A DNA stretch of 64,000 nt from an uncultured Chitinophagaceae bacterium (GCA_964454665.1 CAYVTO010000004.1:144229-208228), one strand, 5' to 3'. Positions 27,321 to 36,818 are shown, counted from the first letter of the stretch. The notes: generated by a model from the sequence alone, not told the origin. A program made the numbers and translations.

Positions 27321-28613
27321 ATGAATATTTTATTGATTGGATCAGGGGGGAGAGAACATGCCTTGGCATGGAAAATCAAACAAAGTCCTCGTTGCTCTAA
27401 AATTTTTATCGCGCCGGGAAATGCAGGTACTGCAGAAGTGGGGCAAAATGTAAACATCGACATGAACGACTTCCCTGCTTTAGGGAAACTTTGCATAGCA
27501 GAAAAAATAGAACTCCTCATTGTTGGGCCTGAGGCTCCTTTAGTGAATGGTATTCGAGATCATTTCGAAGCAGATCCGGCTTTATCTTCCATTTTGTTTG
27601 TGGGTCCCGGTGCCAATGGAGCACAACTGGAAGGAAGTAAAGATTTCTCCAAACAATTCATGGAGCGCCATAAGATTCCAACGGCATCTTCTAAAACATT
27701 TACCGACCAAGAATTGGGTGCAGCGAAAACCTACATTCAAAACCATACACTACCCATCGTATTAAAAGCCGACGGATTAGCAGCAGGCAAAGGAGTGATC
27801 ATTGCTGAATCGCTACAAGAAGCAGACCAAGCCCTGGATGATATCCTGGCGACCAAAAAATTCGGTGCCGCAGGAGCCAAGGTAGTCATTGAACAATTTT
27901 TAAAAGGCATTGAAATGTCTTCTTTTGTATTGACCGATGGAAAAGATTATGTAATACTGCCAGAAGCCAAAGACTATAAACGTATTGGTGAACAAGACAA
28001 AGGACTCAATACAGGAGGCATGGGTGCCGTTTCACCGGTTCCTTTTGCCAAAGGAGAATTCATGCGTAAAGTAGAAGAACGTGTCATTATTCCTACCATC
28101 CAAGGTTTACACCAAGACCATATTCCTTATATCGGATTTGTGTTCATTGGTTTGATGAATGTCGATGGAGATCCTTATGTGATAGAATACAATACCCGTA
28201 TGGGAGATCCTGAAACAGAAGTAGTGATTCCTCGTATTGCCAGCGACTTAGTAGATCTCTTCGTACTCGCCGGTCAGAAAAAATTGAGTGAAGCGAAGAT
28301 TGAATTACATCCACAAACTGCGACTACTGTTGTTTTGGTAGCGGGAGGATATCCTGAAGACTATGAAAAAGGAGATGCCATCAGCCACATCAACGACACC
28401 CAAGATGTCATGGTCTTTCATGCCGGAACCAAACTGGATTCCAACCAACAATTGGTCACCAACGGAGGTCGGGTACTTACCGTCACCGCATTAGGTGATT
28501 CCATTGAACAAGCCCTTGAAGCTTCCAATAAAGCAGCCGAAACCATACAATGGAAAAACAAGTACTTCAGACGCGATATTGGCCTCGATTTACTGGCTTT
28601 TAACAAGAATTAA
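27321..28613 (+). CDS. purD: phosphoribosylamine--glycine ligase
   Basis: MNILLIGSGGREHALAWK N-terminus, ATP-grasp core, and the GPYVIEYNTRMGDPE and TNGGRVL motifs. Confidence 0.95.
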   Translation: MNILLIGSGGREHALAWKIKQSPRCSKIFIAPGNAGTAEVGQNVNIDMNDFPALGKLCIAEKIELLIVGPEAPLVNGIRDHFEADPALSSILFVGPGANGAQLEGSKDFSKQFMERHKIPTASSKTFTDQELGAAKTYIQNHTLPIVLKADGLAAGKGVIIAESLQEADQALDDILATKKFGAAGAKVVIEQFLKGIEMSSFVLTDGKDYVILPEAKDYKRIGEQDKGLNTGGMGAVSPVPFAKGEFMRKVEERVIIPTIQGLHQDHIPYIGFVFIGLMNVDGDPYVIEYNTRMGDPETEVVIPRIASDLVDLFVLAGQKKLSEAKIELHPQTATTVVLVAGGYPEDYEKGDAISHINDTQDVMVFHAGTKLDSNQQLVTNGGRVLTVTALGDSIEQALEASNKAAETIQWKNKYFRRDIGLDLLAFNKN

Positions 28614-28648
28614 GCCCCTGTCTTTTAATCAATATTTTATTATATTTG

Positions 28649-28679
28649 TATGAGCCGGTTTATCCGGCTCATATTTTAT
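28649..28679 (+). terminator. rho-independent terminator after purD
   Basis: TATGAGCCGG-tttat-CCGGCTCATA followed by ttttat. Confidence 0.7.
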
Positions 28680-28719
28680 CAAGTATAATGAAGTTGACTT
28701 ATAAAACACTAACGATATA

Positions 28720-30138
28720 ATGGGTTGTTCATCTTGTGGAACAGGAGGTAGTTGCGGAACAGGGGGAGGATGCGGAAAAAGCGGCGGATGTTCTTCTGGC
28801 GGATGCAATAAATTAAACTCCTTCGATTGGCTTAGTAACATGAGTATCGGGCTTGCCGAAGCCTTTGATGTAGTAGAATTACGTTTTAAAAACGGCCGTA
28901 AAGAATTTTATAGAAATACCTCCAACTTAGAACTTTATACCGGTGATCCTGTCGTCGTAGAAATGACATCAGGATATCACCTTGGACATGTTGCTCTTCA
29001 GGGAGAAATTGTACGTCTCCAAATGAAACGTAAACTGGTAAAAAACGACGATAACCTAAAAGCGATCGTACGTAAAGCCGGGACCAAAGACCTTGAAAAA
29101 TTTGAACTCAGTAAAAATCGGGAAGAAGGGACGATGTTTCGCGCACGAAACATCATTCTAGAGCAAAAACTCGACATGAAATTGACCGATGTCGAATACC
29201 AAGCTGATAATACCAAAGCCACCTTCTTTTACTCTGCCGATGAACGCGTCGATTTCCGGGAACTGATTAAAATCTTAGCCTCTGAATTCAAAATCAGAGT
29301 CGAGATGAAACAAATCAGTTTACGTCATGAAGCAGCACGTTTAGGTGGGATTGGTTCTTGTGGACGTGAATTATGCTGCTCAACATGGATCGCCGACTTT
29401 AAAAATGTAAATACTTCTGCAGCAAGGTATCAAAATCTTTCGCTGAACCCTTCCAAATTGTCCGGACAATGTGGTCGCTTGAAATGTTGCCTCAATTATG
29501 AGCTCGACACCTATTTAGATGCACTAAAAAATATTCCTGAAGTAGAAAAACCTTTACTTACTGAAAAAGGAATTGCTTTTCTTCAAAAAACCGACATCTT
29601 CAAACGCATCATGTGGTTTGCTTATGAAGGCGAAGGTGCCAACTGGATTTCTTTGTCTGTAGATCGTGTATATGAAATTCAAGCACTCAATAAAGAAAAC
29701 AAAAAACCAGTAACGCTGGAACACGACTTAGAAGTTTTAGTAGAAAACAGTATACTGATCAAAGAGAAAAATGAATTGGCTCGTTTTGACGATAAATTCC
29801 AAACGTCAAAAAACAAGAAGAAAAAGAAGAAGAAAAAACCAACTGCTGACGGGAATTCAGAAAACAGACGCCCGGAAGGTCAAGCCAGACCTCAACAAAA
29901 TAATCCCAGACAGGATCAAAACAACCCAAGGCCTCCGCATCAAGCCAATGCAAACCGACAAAACCAAGTTAAACCGCAACAACAAGGGAACAACAATAAA
30001 CCACAAGGCGAAGGTGCAGATAAAAAACCCAATCATCCGGGCAATGCAAACAGACCGAACAACAGGCGTAAACCGAACAACAGACCTCCGCACAGACCTA
30101 GCGATAACAAAAACAACACTCCTGACAAGAATGAATAA
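28720..30138 (+). CDS. PSP1 (YaaT/RicT-like) domain protein with Gly/Cys-rich N-terminus and disordered K/N/P/Q tail
   Basis: N-terminus MGCSSCGTGGSCGTGGGCGKSGGCSSGGC. PSP1 core with GSCGRELCCSTW and GQCGRLKCCLNYE. The last ~110 aa are low complexity (KKKKKKKK, then NPRQ/NNRP repeats). Confidence 0.85.
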   Translation: MGCSSCGTGGSCGTGGGCGKSGGCSSGGCNKLNSFDWLSNMSIGLAEAFDVVELRFKNGRKEFYRNTSNLELYTGDPVVVEMTSGYHLGHVALQGEIVRLQMKRKLVKNDDNLKAIVRKAGTKDLEKFELSKNREEGTMFRARNIILEQKLDMKLTDVEYQADNTKATFFYSADERVDFRELIKILASEFKIRVEMKQISLRHEAARLGGIGSCGRELCCSTWIADFKNVNTSAARYQNLSLNPSKLSGQCGRLKCCLNYELDTYLDALKNIPEVEKPLLTEKGIAFLQKTDIFKRIMWFAYEGEGANWISLSVDRVYEIQALNKENKKPVTLEHDLEVLVENSILIKEKNELARFDDKFQTSKNKKKKKKKKPTADGNSENRRPEGQARPQQNNPRQDQNNPRPPHQANANRQNQVKPQQQGNNNKPQGEGADKKPNHPGNANRPNNRRKPNNRPPHRPSDNKNNTPDKNE

Positions 30139-30595
30139 GTTATATACCCTTGGACTACTTTTGCTTTTTGCTTGTTCTGAACCAGGCCAACTTGTTCAAG
30201 ACTACCAATCCATTGAAGATGAAATCTGGACTTCAAAACAGAAACTTAGTTTCCCTGTAGAAATAGAAGACAACCAAAAATCTCACAGCTTATTTTATTT
30301 GGTACGCTACAATAAGGATTACCCTTACTACAACTTCTATGTAAAACGTTACCTACTGGACTCTACAGGAAAAGAAATATCAAGTACACTCCAAGGCATG
30401 TACCTCTTCGATGAAAAAACAGGAGACCCCAAAGGAAGTGGATGGGGAAACACATACGATTATTCCATTTTAGCAGATAGTAATTATATATTTCCATACC
30501 AAGGAAAATATACCATAGAAATAGAACAGTACATGCGTAAAGATACCGTACAAGGAATCAGCGATTTTGGCCTCAGTATTTCTAAACATGATTAA
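30131..30595 (+). CDS. gldH: gliding motility lipoprotein GldH
   Basis: The ATG at 30131 gives MNKLYTLGLLLLFAC (lipobox). The ~154-aa length and the LFDEKTGDPKGSGWGNTYDY block are typical of GldH. It overlaps the PSP1 stop by 8 nt. The upstream 120 codons of the ORF-track entry are an alternate-frame reading of the PSP1 tail. Confidence 0.8.
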   Translation: MNKLYTLGLLLLFACSEPGQLVQDYQSIEDEIWTSKQKLSFPVEIEDNQKSHSLFYLVRYNKDYPYYNFYVKRYLLDSTGKEISSTLQGMYLFDEKTGDPKGSGWGNTYDYSILADSNYIFPYQGKYTIEIEQYMRKDTVQGISDFGLSISKHD

Positions 30596-31220
30596 ATACT
30601 TCCTTTTACTTTTCATTTTTCTCTGCCTTACGCTTCCATGCACACAAGCGCAAATCAACATAGACTCCATTGCCACGTATTATTCATCACCATCAGGACA
30701 TAAAAGCTATGCCGAAGGAATACAAAAGTTAAATGCCTTAGACAGTACCTTAGAGAAAAAAGATTTTATCGCTTTATATTATGCCTCTGTCTTTCAGCCA
30801 AGCTATCAATTAAAGTACATCGACTCTATTGAAAACAAAATCAAAGAATACAACCTATTACAAGAATTCATGTCTGCCAATGAATTAGCAGACTCTTTAC
30901 TCAGCATACACCCCGTAAGCATCACCGCTTATTTTGAAAAAAGCTTTGCCTGTTATGCACTGAAAAGAACATCCGAAGAAACCATCAGCAGACAGAAATA
31001 CCTTATTTTTTCCAAATGTGTATTAAATTCTGGGAATGGTTTACCAGAACAGCCTTTTCTCATCGTCAGTTACAACGATGCCATAGAAGTTGTAAAATAT
31101 TTACAAGTCAAATACAAACAAATTACCATACAAGGGAATAAAACCTTGGTGTTTGAATTGAACAAAAAATACCAGGGCATCAATACCCTGTACTTTCAAT
31201 TTGTAAATCTTTTGCCATGA
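30588..31220 (+). CDS. secreted hypothetical protein (possibly DUF4919-like)
   Basis: The ATG at 30588 (ATGATTAA overlap with the gldH stop) gives the signal peptide MIKYFLLLFIFLCLTLPCTQAQ. No catalytic motifs are recognised and the family guess is from memory. Confidence 0.5.
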   Translation: MIKYFLLLFIFLCLTLPCTQAQINIDSIATYYSSPSGHKSYAEGIQKLNALDSTLEKKDFIALYYASVFQPSYQLKYIDSIENKIKEYNLLQEFMSANELADSLLSIHPVSITAYFEKSFACYALKRTSEETISRQKYLIFSKCVLNSGNGLPEQPFLIVSYNDAIEVVKYLQVKYKQITIQGNKTLVFELNKKYQGINTLYFQFVNLLP

Positions 31221-31303
31221 GTGGATCTCTGGCAGCGTTTTTTTTGCTGACGCAAGACTATGTCTTGTGCCAGCGCATAGTCATTTTTTTTATCTTTTAC
31301 CGA

Positions 31304-32083
31304 TTAGATAAGGCTCTTATTTATGGCCAATTGAATCAATTCTGAACTGTTTTTGACGCCTGTCTTTTCCATCATATTTTTCCGATGGGAAGTTACCGTA
31401 TGAGGACTTAAATTTAATTTATGAGCAATTTCTTTACTGGTATTTCCTTTGCCGAGCAGGGATAAAATTTCCAATTCGCGAGAAGAAAACTTAAAATTGG
31501 TATTTAAACCATGGTAGTTGCGAGAATAAATAGGTTTGTATAGCGCTTGTTCATCGTCTTTTAAGGAAATAATGAAATCGATGTTATCATCTTTTTTTAG
31601 TTCTGTAATGTCGTTAATAAACACCAGTGTATACAAGGGAAAGCCCCACCGGTTAGTTTTCAACACATTCATATGATGATACGCCCACATGTACTCTCCA
31701 TTCTTTTTCTTTATTTTAAACGTATAGGAAAATTGAAGATCAAGAACTTTTCTTTTGATCGCATACTTCATGTAATAGCGAAAGATCATAGGAATGATGT
31801 GTTTGTTGTACAAACTATTATGTTCCATATCAACCAACGACATGGCGAATTCCAGTCCACCTTCCATAAATTCTTTGCTGTCATAGCCTGTAACACTCTT
31901 GATACTGGGACCTACAAATTCATATTTTAATGTGCTGTGATTATAGAGCAGTATAATGACCGAAGCAGCGGAATCAATATGAGGCATAAAACCGGATGCA
32001 TCATCCAACCCTTTTTCTATAATCTTATGCATTTTATTGGTCAGCGATACCACGGAATCATACATGGTCATTGGTTTATTCAT
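31304..32083 (-). CDS. PAS-like sensor domain + LuxR-type HTH transcriptional regulator (no receiver domain)
   Basis: C-terminal SSRELEILSLLGKGNTSKEIAHKLNLSPHTVTSHRKNMMEKTG is a LuxR/GerE HTH. The N-terminal ~170 aa are PAS-like (YEFVGPSIKSVTGYDSKEF ... KKKNGEYMWAYHH). Confidence 0.8.
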   Translation of the reverse strand: MNKPMTMYDSVVSLTNKMHKIIEKGLDDASGFMPHIDSAASVIILLYNHSTLKYEFVGPSIKSVTGYDSKEFMEGGLEFAMSLVDMEHNSLYNKHIIPMIFRYYMKYAIKRKVLDLQFSYTFKIKKKNGEYMWAYHHMNVLKTNRWGFPLYTLVFINDITELKKDDNIDFIISLKDDEQALYKPIYSRNYHGLNTNFKFSSRELEILSLLGKGNTSKEIAHKLNLSPHTVTSHRKNMMEKTGVKNSSELIQLAINKSLI

Positions 32084-32381
32084 ACAGATGAAAATATAAA
32101 GATGCTTTTGAATGTGATCGCAAACGTTGCATTGAAATACAAAAATATTAGGTATTTAAGATACTATTTTTTGTAATGTATTTATAATGATCATAGACTA
32201 ATAAATAAGCGTAATGTTAACATGGCATCATCTTATAAATTAAGCCCCCCTTTGAAAGCTATACCTATCACTTTTTACCTAAAAATGGGGATTTTTTAGT
32301 GCAATACCATAGTGTACCTTTGGTATACTCAAAAGGATTACTGTTTCTATAATACCTGAATAGTTCATTAAAAACCATGAT

Positions 32382-35312
32382 ATGAAGAAGCTGTTTATTA
32401 TCTTTTTATTATTGATAATCAATTTATTAGACAATAAAGCAGATGCCCAGACTTGGAGTACGCGGGTATCACCGGAATCCTTCCTCGGGGCAGGAGGTGG
32501 AACAGTATCAAGCAGTCGCCTTCTGACAGTCAATGGCAATCCCGCCATTGCGTGTAGAGATGGTTCACACAATAAAGTAATATATGCTCGTTCTACGGAT
32601 GCTTCTGGAACAAACTGGGAGAGCCCTATATATCTTGATATCAATGGACATGCAAGTGGTAGTGTTTCCATGGAGATTGTGAACGGTAATCCGGCCGTTT
32701 CATATTATGATCCTATTGCACAGCATTTGAAGTTTGTAAGAGCCGATGATGCTTCAGGAACGACTTGGGGGGCACCGGTTTCGGTAGTTGATGTTACAGG
32801 AAATGCAGGATTAAGATTTTCTATGCAAGTGGTAAATGGTAATCCGGCCATTGCTTATGATGATCAGGTCGGTGGAGCCCTGAAATATGTGTGTGCAACA
32901 GATGCCTCAGGAACCTCTTGGGGCACTCCTGTTATAGCCGCAACTCCTAATCCGGGCAGCGTATCGTTACTGGTAGTAAATGGCAATCCGGCCATCGCTT
33001 ATTCTTCTTCAGGCTTAAAATACGTGAGAGCTTCAAACGTGTCAGGTTCTTCTTGGAACACCCCAACATCTGTAGTGTCAAGCATTTCCGTCACAGATGT
33101 ATCCATGCAGGTTGTGAATGGTGTTCCTGCCATTGTTTTTAATGATCTTACAAATAGTTATGTGAAGTATATTCGTGCTAATGATGCTTCAGGAAGCAAT
33201 TGGTCCGGTTCGTCGGGTACTCCGGTAGTTAATTCCGGAGGAACCCCATCCCTTCTGGTTGTAAGCGGTAATCCTGCTATCTCTTATGAGGACAGGCTTA
33301 CCAGTCTTTTAAGGTATGTCAGAGCTACAGATATAAACGGTTCAACCTGGGGTACTCCTATAACACTTGACGGAACGCCTACGGTTTCTGCAGTAGGTGC
33401 CTTATCCTGTTTACAGATTATAAATGGCAATCCGGCCATTTCATATAACGATCAAACCAATGGAAGTATTAAATACAGGCGTTCCACTACTACTACAGGT
33501 GCTACTTGGGGCACAATCTCTCCTGCTATTACTCCCATCGTGACAGTAAATGCAGCCACAGGTCGGCATAATTCTAGTGCTGTAATCAACGGCAATCCGG
33601 CTGTTTCATATTACGGTATACAAAATCTTAGGTATGTCCGTGCTACAAATGCTTTTGGTTCAGCTTGGAACACTCCTGTTACAATAGATATTACAGGAAA
33701 TGTGGGAGAATATACTTCTTTGAAGGAAGTCAATGGCAATCCGGCCATCGCTTATTATGATGTGACGAACGGAGATTTAAAATATGTTCGTGCCACCGAT
33801 GTTTCCGGAACTACATGGGGAACGCCCATTGTGGTAGAGAGTAGCGGAGACGTGGGAGCGTATACTTGTCTGAAAATAGTCAATGGCAATCCGGCCATTG
33901 CTTATTATGATGTGACAAACGGAGATTTAAAATATGTTCGTGCTACCGATGTTTCCGGAACTGCATGGGGAACACCCATTGTAGTAGAAAGTAGCGGAGA
34001 TGTAGGAACATATCCTTCACTTGAGGTTATCAATGGCAATCCGGCTATAGCCTATCGCGATGTTACCAATTCGGATTTAAAATATATCCGTGCTACGGAT
34101 GCTTCCGGAACTACTTGGGATACTCCTGTTGTGTTGGATGCTGCCGGATCTCTTGGCAATCATATTTCATTGGTGGTAGCAGATGGCAATCCGGCTATAG
34201 CCTATCGTGATATTACCAATCAGGATTTAAAATATATCCGTGCTAATGATGCTTCAGGAACTACATGGAACACTTCCCTCACTCTTGACGCAACAGGAAA
34301 TGTTGGAAATTATGCAAAGCTTGCCATTGTGAATGGGAAACCGAGCGTTGTGTATTGCGATAATACGGTCCAGCGTATAAAATATATTACAGCGACAGAT
34401 GCATCCGGCACAAACTGGAATGCACCTACTACGTTAATAACAAACGCAGATAGCGGACTCGAAGAAAAACAATTTCTTTCTTTATTGGCTATTGGAACAG
34501 ACGTTGGGGTCTTTTACTATGAAAGACAAGATGGTATTCCTTATTTTATTCATGGCACGAATACAATCTGTACAAATCCTTCTATCCCTACCATTAATGC
34601 CTCTTCAACCACTCACTGCGGCACTCAAAGTACTACGTTATCTATAACCGCCGGTGATCTTTATGACGCTACGAACTGGCAATGGTACAGTGGAACGTGT
34701 GGCGGTACAGCGGTTGGTACAGGTACTTCTGTAACGGTTTCTCCATCCGAAACGACGATATACTTTGCAAGAGGAGAAGGTGGTTGTGTCACTCCCGGAG
34801 CCTGTGCTGCTGTTACTATTACTGTACATACCTTGCCATCAGTGAGCTTCGATGCATTAAACAATGTATGTTCGAATGTTTCCTCTGTTATACTCAGTGG
34901 CGGTTCACCATCGGGTGGTACGTACAGTGGAACAGGCGTGAGCAGCGGAAGCTTTAGTCCTGTCACAGCGGGTAACGGTGTACACACCATTACCTATTCC
35001 TATACCGATGCCAACAGTTGCAGCAATACTGCTAACTCCGATATCATGGTCAACATCTGTACGAGTGTTGAAAAAGAATCTGTTGCGAATAAATTTCATG
35101 TTTATCCCAATCCGACAGAAGGGCTTGTCTCTATCTCATATCACGAATCGGGCACGCTGGAAATATATGATGCTTGGGGAACATTGGTAAACAGCTATGA
35201 GTTCTCAGGCACACCGAGTGAATATAATATGCAGTACATGGGTAAGGGATTATATACATTCAAACTGTACCATGGTAAAGATATAAGTATACAAAAAGTC
35301 ATTGTGCAGTAA
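32382..35312 (+). CDS. T9SS-secreted protein: 13-14 propeller-like repeats + Ig-like Cys-rich domains + T9SS C-terminal sorting domain
   Basis: Signal peptide ...NKADAQ. It has 13-14 repeats of ~50-58 aa with the core (V/I)NGNPAI(A/S)Y.D.....LKY(V/I)RA.DASGT.W. These are followed by Cys-rich Ig-like modules (NWQWYSGTCGG...) and a C-terminal VYPNPTEGLVSISY...GLYTFKL...IQKVIVQ. Confidence 0.85.
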   Translation: MKKLFIIFLLLIINLLDNKADAQTWSTRVSPESFLGAGGGTVSSSRLLTVNGNPAIACRDGSHNKVIYARSTDASGTNWESPIYLDINGHASGSVSMEIVNGNPAVSYYDPIAQHLKFVRADDASGTTWGAPVSVVDVTGNAGLRFSMQVVNGNPAIAYDDQVGGALKYVCATDASGTSWGTPVIAATPNPGSVSLLVVNGNPAIAYSSSGLKYVRASNVSGSSWNTPTSVVSSISVTDVSMQVVNGVPAIVFNDLTNSYVKYIRANDASGSNWSGSSGTPVVNSGGTPSLLVVSGNPAISYEDRLTSLLRYVRATDINGSTWGTPITLDGTPTVSAVGALSCLQIINGNPAISYNDQTNGSIKYRRSTTTTGATWGTISPAITPIVTVNAATGRHNSSAVINGNPAVSYYGIQNLRYVRATNAFGSAWNTPVTIDITGNVGEYTSLKEVNGNPAIAYYDVTNGDLKYVRATDVSGTTWGTPIVVESSGDVGAYTCLKIVNGNPAIAYYDVTNGDLKYVRATDVSGTAWGTPIVVESSGDVGTYPSLEVINGNPAIAYRDVTNSDLKYIRATDASGTTWDTPVVLDAAGSLGNHISLVVADGNPAIAYRDITNQDLKYIRANDASGTTWNTSLTLDATGNVGNYAKLAIVNGKPSVVYCDNTVQRIKYITATDASGTNWNAPTTLITNADSGLEEKQFLSLLAIGTDVGVFYYERQDGIPYFIHGTNTICTNPSIPTINASSTTHCGTQSTTLSITAGDLYDATNWQWYSGTCGGTAVGTGTSVTVSPSETTIYFARGEGGCVTPGACAAVTITVHTLPSVSFDALNNVCSNVSSVILSGGSPSGGTYSGTGVSSGSFSPVTAGNGVHTITYSYTDANSCSNTANSDIMVNICTSVEKESVANKFHVYPNPTEGLVSISYHESGTLEIYDAWGTLVNSYEFSGTPSEYNMQYMGKGLYTFKLYHGKDISIQKVIVQ
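33729..34028 (+). repeat. two near-identical 150-bp tandem coding repeats (blades 9 and 10)
   Basis: 33729-33878 and 33879-34028 both encode VNGNPAIAYYDVTNGDLKYVRATDVSGT(T/A)WGTPIVVESSGDVG.Y. Over the first ~125 nt I see 9 substitutions, all transitions, and 8 of them are synonymous. Confidence 0.9.
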
Positions 35313-35432
35313 TGAAACTACGTTATCTCTCTTTTTGAAAATAGAACCTTAATAATATTTAATCTATTTTTTATGAGTATCTACAGGCATAAGCTTAACG
35401 CTTGTACCTCATTTTATAAAGTTTACTCAGTG

Positions 35433-35466
35433 AGCACCGACGTCTCGTTAGTCGGTGCTTTTTTTG
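35433..35466 (+). terminator. rho-independent terminator downstream of the T9SS repeat gene
   Basis: AGCACCGAC-gtctcgtta-GTCGGTGCT followed by ttttttt. Confidence 0.7.
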
Positions 35467-35503
35467 TTATATAGGACGCTATCCAGAAATTAATTTAACC
35501 TTG

Positions 35504-35532
35504 AATAAGGGCTCTGACCTTAAGCCCTTATT
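35504..35532 (-). terminator. possible terminator of the ArsR-SRPBCC-DoxX operon
   Basis: aataagggct-ctgacctta-agcccttatt, nested in a weaker ccttgaat/attcaagg pairing. The T-tract is poor. Confidence 0.35.
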
Positions 35533-35586
35533 TCGCATTCAAGGTACGACCTCCTCTAAAGATCTTGCTATAGCCGTACATAGTTT

Positions 35587-35961
35587 TTAGCCGTTCTGCT
35601 GATTTTTTTGATTATAGGTATACGATACTGCGAGTATCATACCCACCACGATTGGCATTAAAATGTAACTGACATTTTTGTCCACCATAACGTGACTGAT
35701 GACGGCAAAAATCAAATTGAATGTCAAACCTGCATAAGCCCACTCTTTCAGCTTGCTCGGTAATTTGGGAAGCATGATGGCTATTGAACCCAATACTTTA
35801 CACACAATCAAAGCATATGCAAAATAGTCGGGGTAGCCCAATGGTTTTGTGCCAGCGTTGAAATACTGATGCGCAAACAAAAGAGTGCTTAGTGGCATCA
35901 GTCCTTCCCAAAGGAAAATGATGCTTGTTGAAATCCAGAAAATTAGTTTGTTCTTTCTCAT
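35587..35961 (-). CDS. DoxX family membrane protein
   Basis: 124 aa with four TM helices, in the typical position at the end of ArsR-SRPBCC-DoxX operons. Confidence 0.75.
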   Translation of the reverse strand: MRKNKLIFWISTSIIFLWEGLMPLSTLLFAHQYFNAGTKPLGYPDYFAYALIVCKVLGSIAIMLPKLPSKLKEWAYAGLTFNLIFAVISHVMVDKNVSYILMPIVVGMILAVSYTYNQKNQQNG

Positions 35962-35965
35962 TGCT

Positions 35966-36469
35966 TTATTTTTTTAGCGTTAATAATAATTCATCCAACT
36001 GATTTAATCCCATGGTAAAGCCTTCTTTAAAGCCCATGGCCATAATCTTTTCAAGGGTTTCAAATGTATCCACCGAAATGGTAATGTTTACGATGGTGCG
36101 TGCTATATCTCCTGAAAAATCATTTTTCCAGTGCATTCTTGAAAAATCCGTATTCATCTTTCCCTCTTCATCACAGAATGCATCCAGACCTGAATAACTT
36201 TTCTGTGTTTCAATTTTTTCATAATCAAACCTGCACCAATGCGTTTGATTTTCGGGGCTTATCATCGCATAATGCCACACTCCGCCTTCTCTAAAATCCA
36301 GCGATTTCGTTTGATTGCGAAACGGTTGTGGAGCCCACCATCGATCGAGCAGTTCGGCAGTTGTCCAGGCTTGCCAAACCAATTCAAGGTTGGCATCAAA
36401 TTCACGTTTTACGTGAATGGTTTTATTTTCCTTATTCACGGAAAAATCAAATAAAAGATTACTGTTCAT
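35966..36469 (-). CDS. SRPBCC/AHSA1 (Aha1-like) domain protein
   Basis: 167 aa. The blocks [31 protein letters not shown] and the C-terminal [17 protein letters not shown] are typical of the activator-of-Hsp90-ATPase-like SRPBCC family. Confidence 0.8.
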   Translation of the reverse strand: MNSNLLFDFSVNKENKTIHVKREFDANLELVWQAWTTAELLDRWWAPQPFRNQTKSLDFREGGVWHYAMISPENQTHWCRFDYEKIETQKSYSGLDAFCDEEGKMNTDFSRMHWKNDFSGDIARTIVNITISVDTFETLEKIMAMGFKEGFTMGLNQLDELLLTLKK

Positions 36470-36786
36470 TTTTTCTGTTTTTTAATTGTTGCTAATAACT
36501 TGTCAAGTTGGTTGAAACGAGTTTCCCAAATCTTGCGGAATTGCTCAAGCCATTGGTCTATTTCTTTCATTTTGTCAATTTCAAGGGAGTAGTAAATCTC
36601 CCTTCCTTTTTGCTCTTGTTTGACAAGCTCACATTCTGTCAAAATGCGTAAATGTTTTGATACCGCTTGTCGGGTCGTGTTGAAGTTGTCGGCAATGGCG
36701 TTGGGTGTCATGGCCTGTAAGGCAATTAAGGCGATAATCGCTCGTCTTGTGGGGTCTGCTATGGCTTGAAAAATATCGCGTCTCAT
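36466..36786 (-). CDS. ArsR/SmtB family transcriptional regulator
   Basis: 106 aa with [50 protein letters not shown], a winged HTH. There is a 4-nt overlap with the next gene. Confidence 0.85.
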   Translation of the reverse strand: MRRDIFQAIADPTRRAIIALIALQAMTPNAIADNFNTTRQAVSKHLRILTECELVKQEQKGREIYYSLEIDKMKEIDQWLEQFRKIWETRFNQLDKLLATIKKQKK

Positions 36787-36818
36787 GTTGTTCGTTTATC
36801 TATTTATGAAACTAATCG

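Noticed and set aside
29771-30130. 120-codon N-terminal extension of the gldH ORF (ORF-track entry 29771-30595).
   Set aside because: It is an alternate-frame reading of the K/N/P/Q low-complexity tail of the PSP1 gene. GldH-like sequence and the lipobox begin only at the ATG at 30131.
32279-32671. 130-aa minus-strand ORF overlapping the promoter and 5' end of the propeller-repeat gene.
   Set aside because: It has no recognisable motifs and overlaps a well-supported plus-strand CDS and its signal peptide. It is probably a chance ORF.
33729-34028. Near-identical 150-bp repeats considered as a CRISPR-like array or a DGR template/variable repeat pair.
   Set aside because: The repeats are contiguous, in-frame coding blades without spacers. 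The differences are transitions at synonymous sites and not adenine-specific substitutions. No reverse transcriptase or cas genes are in the window.
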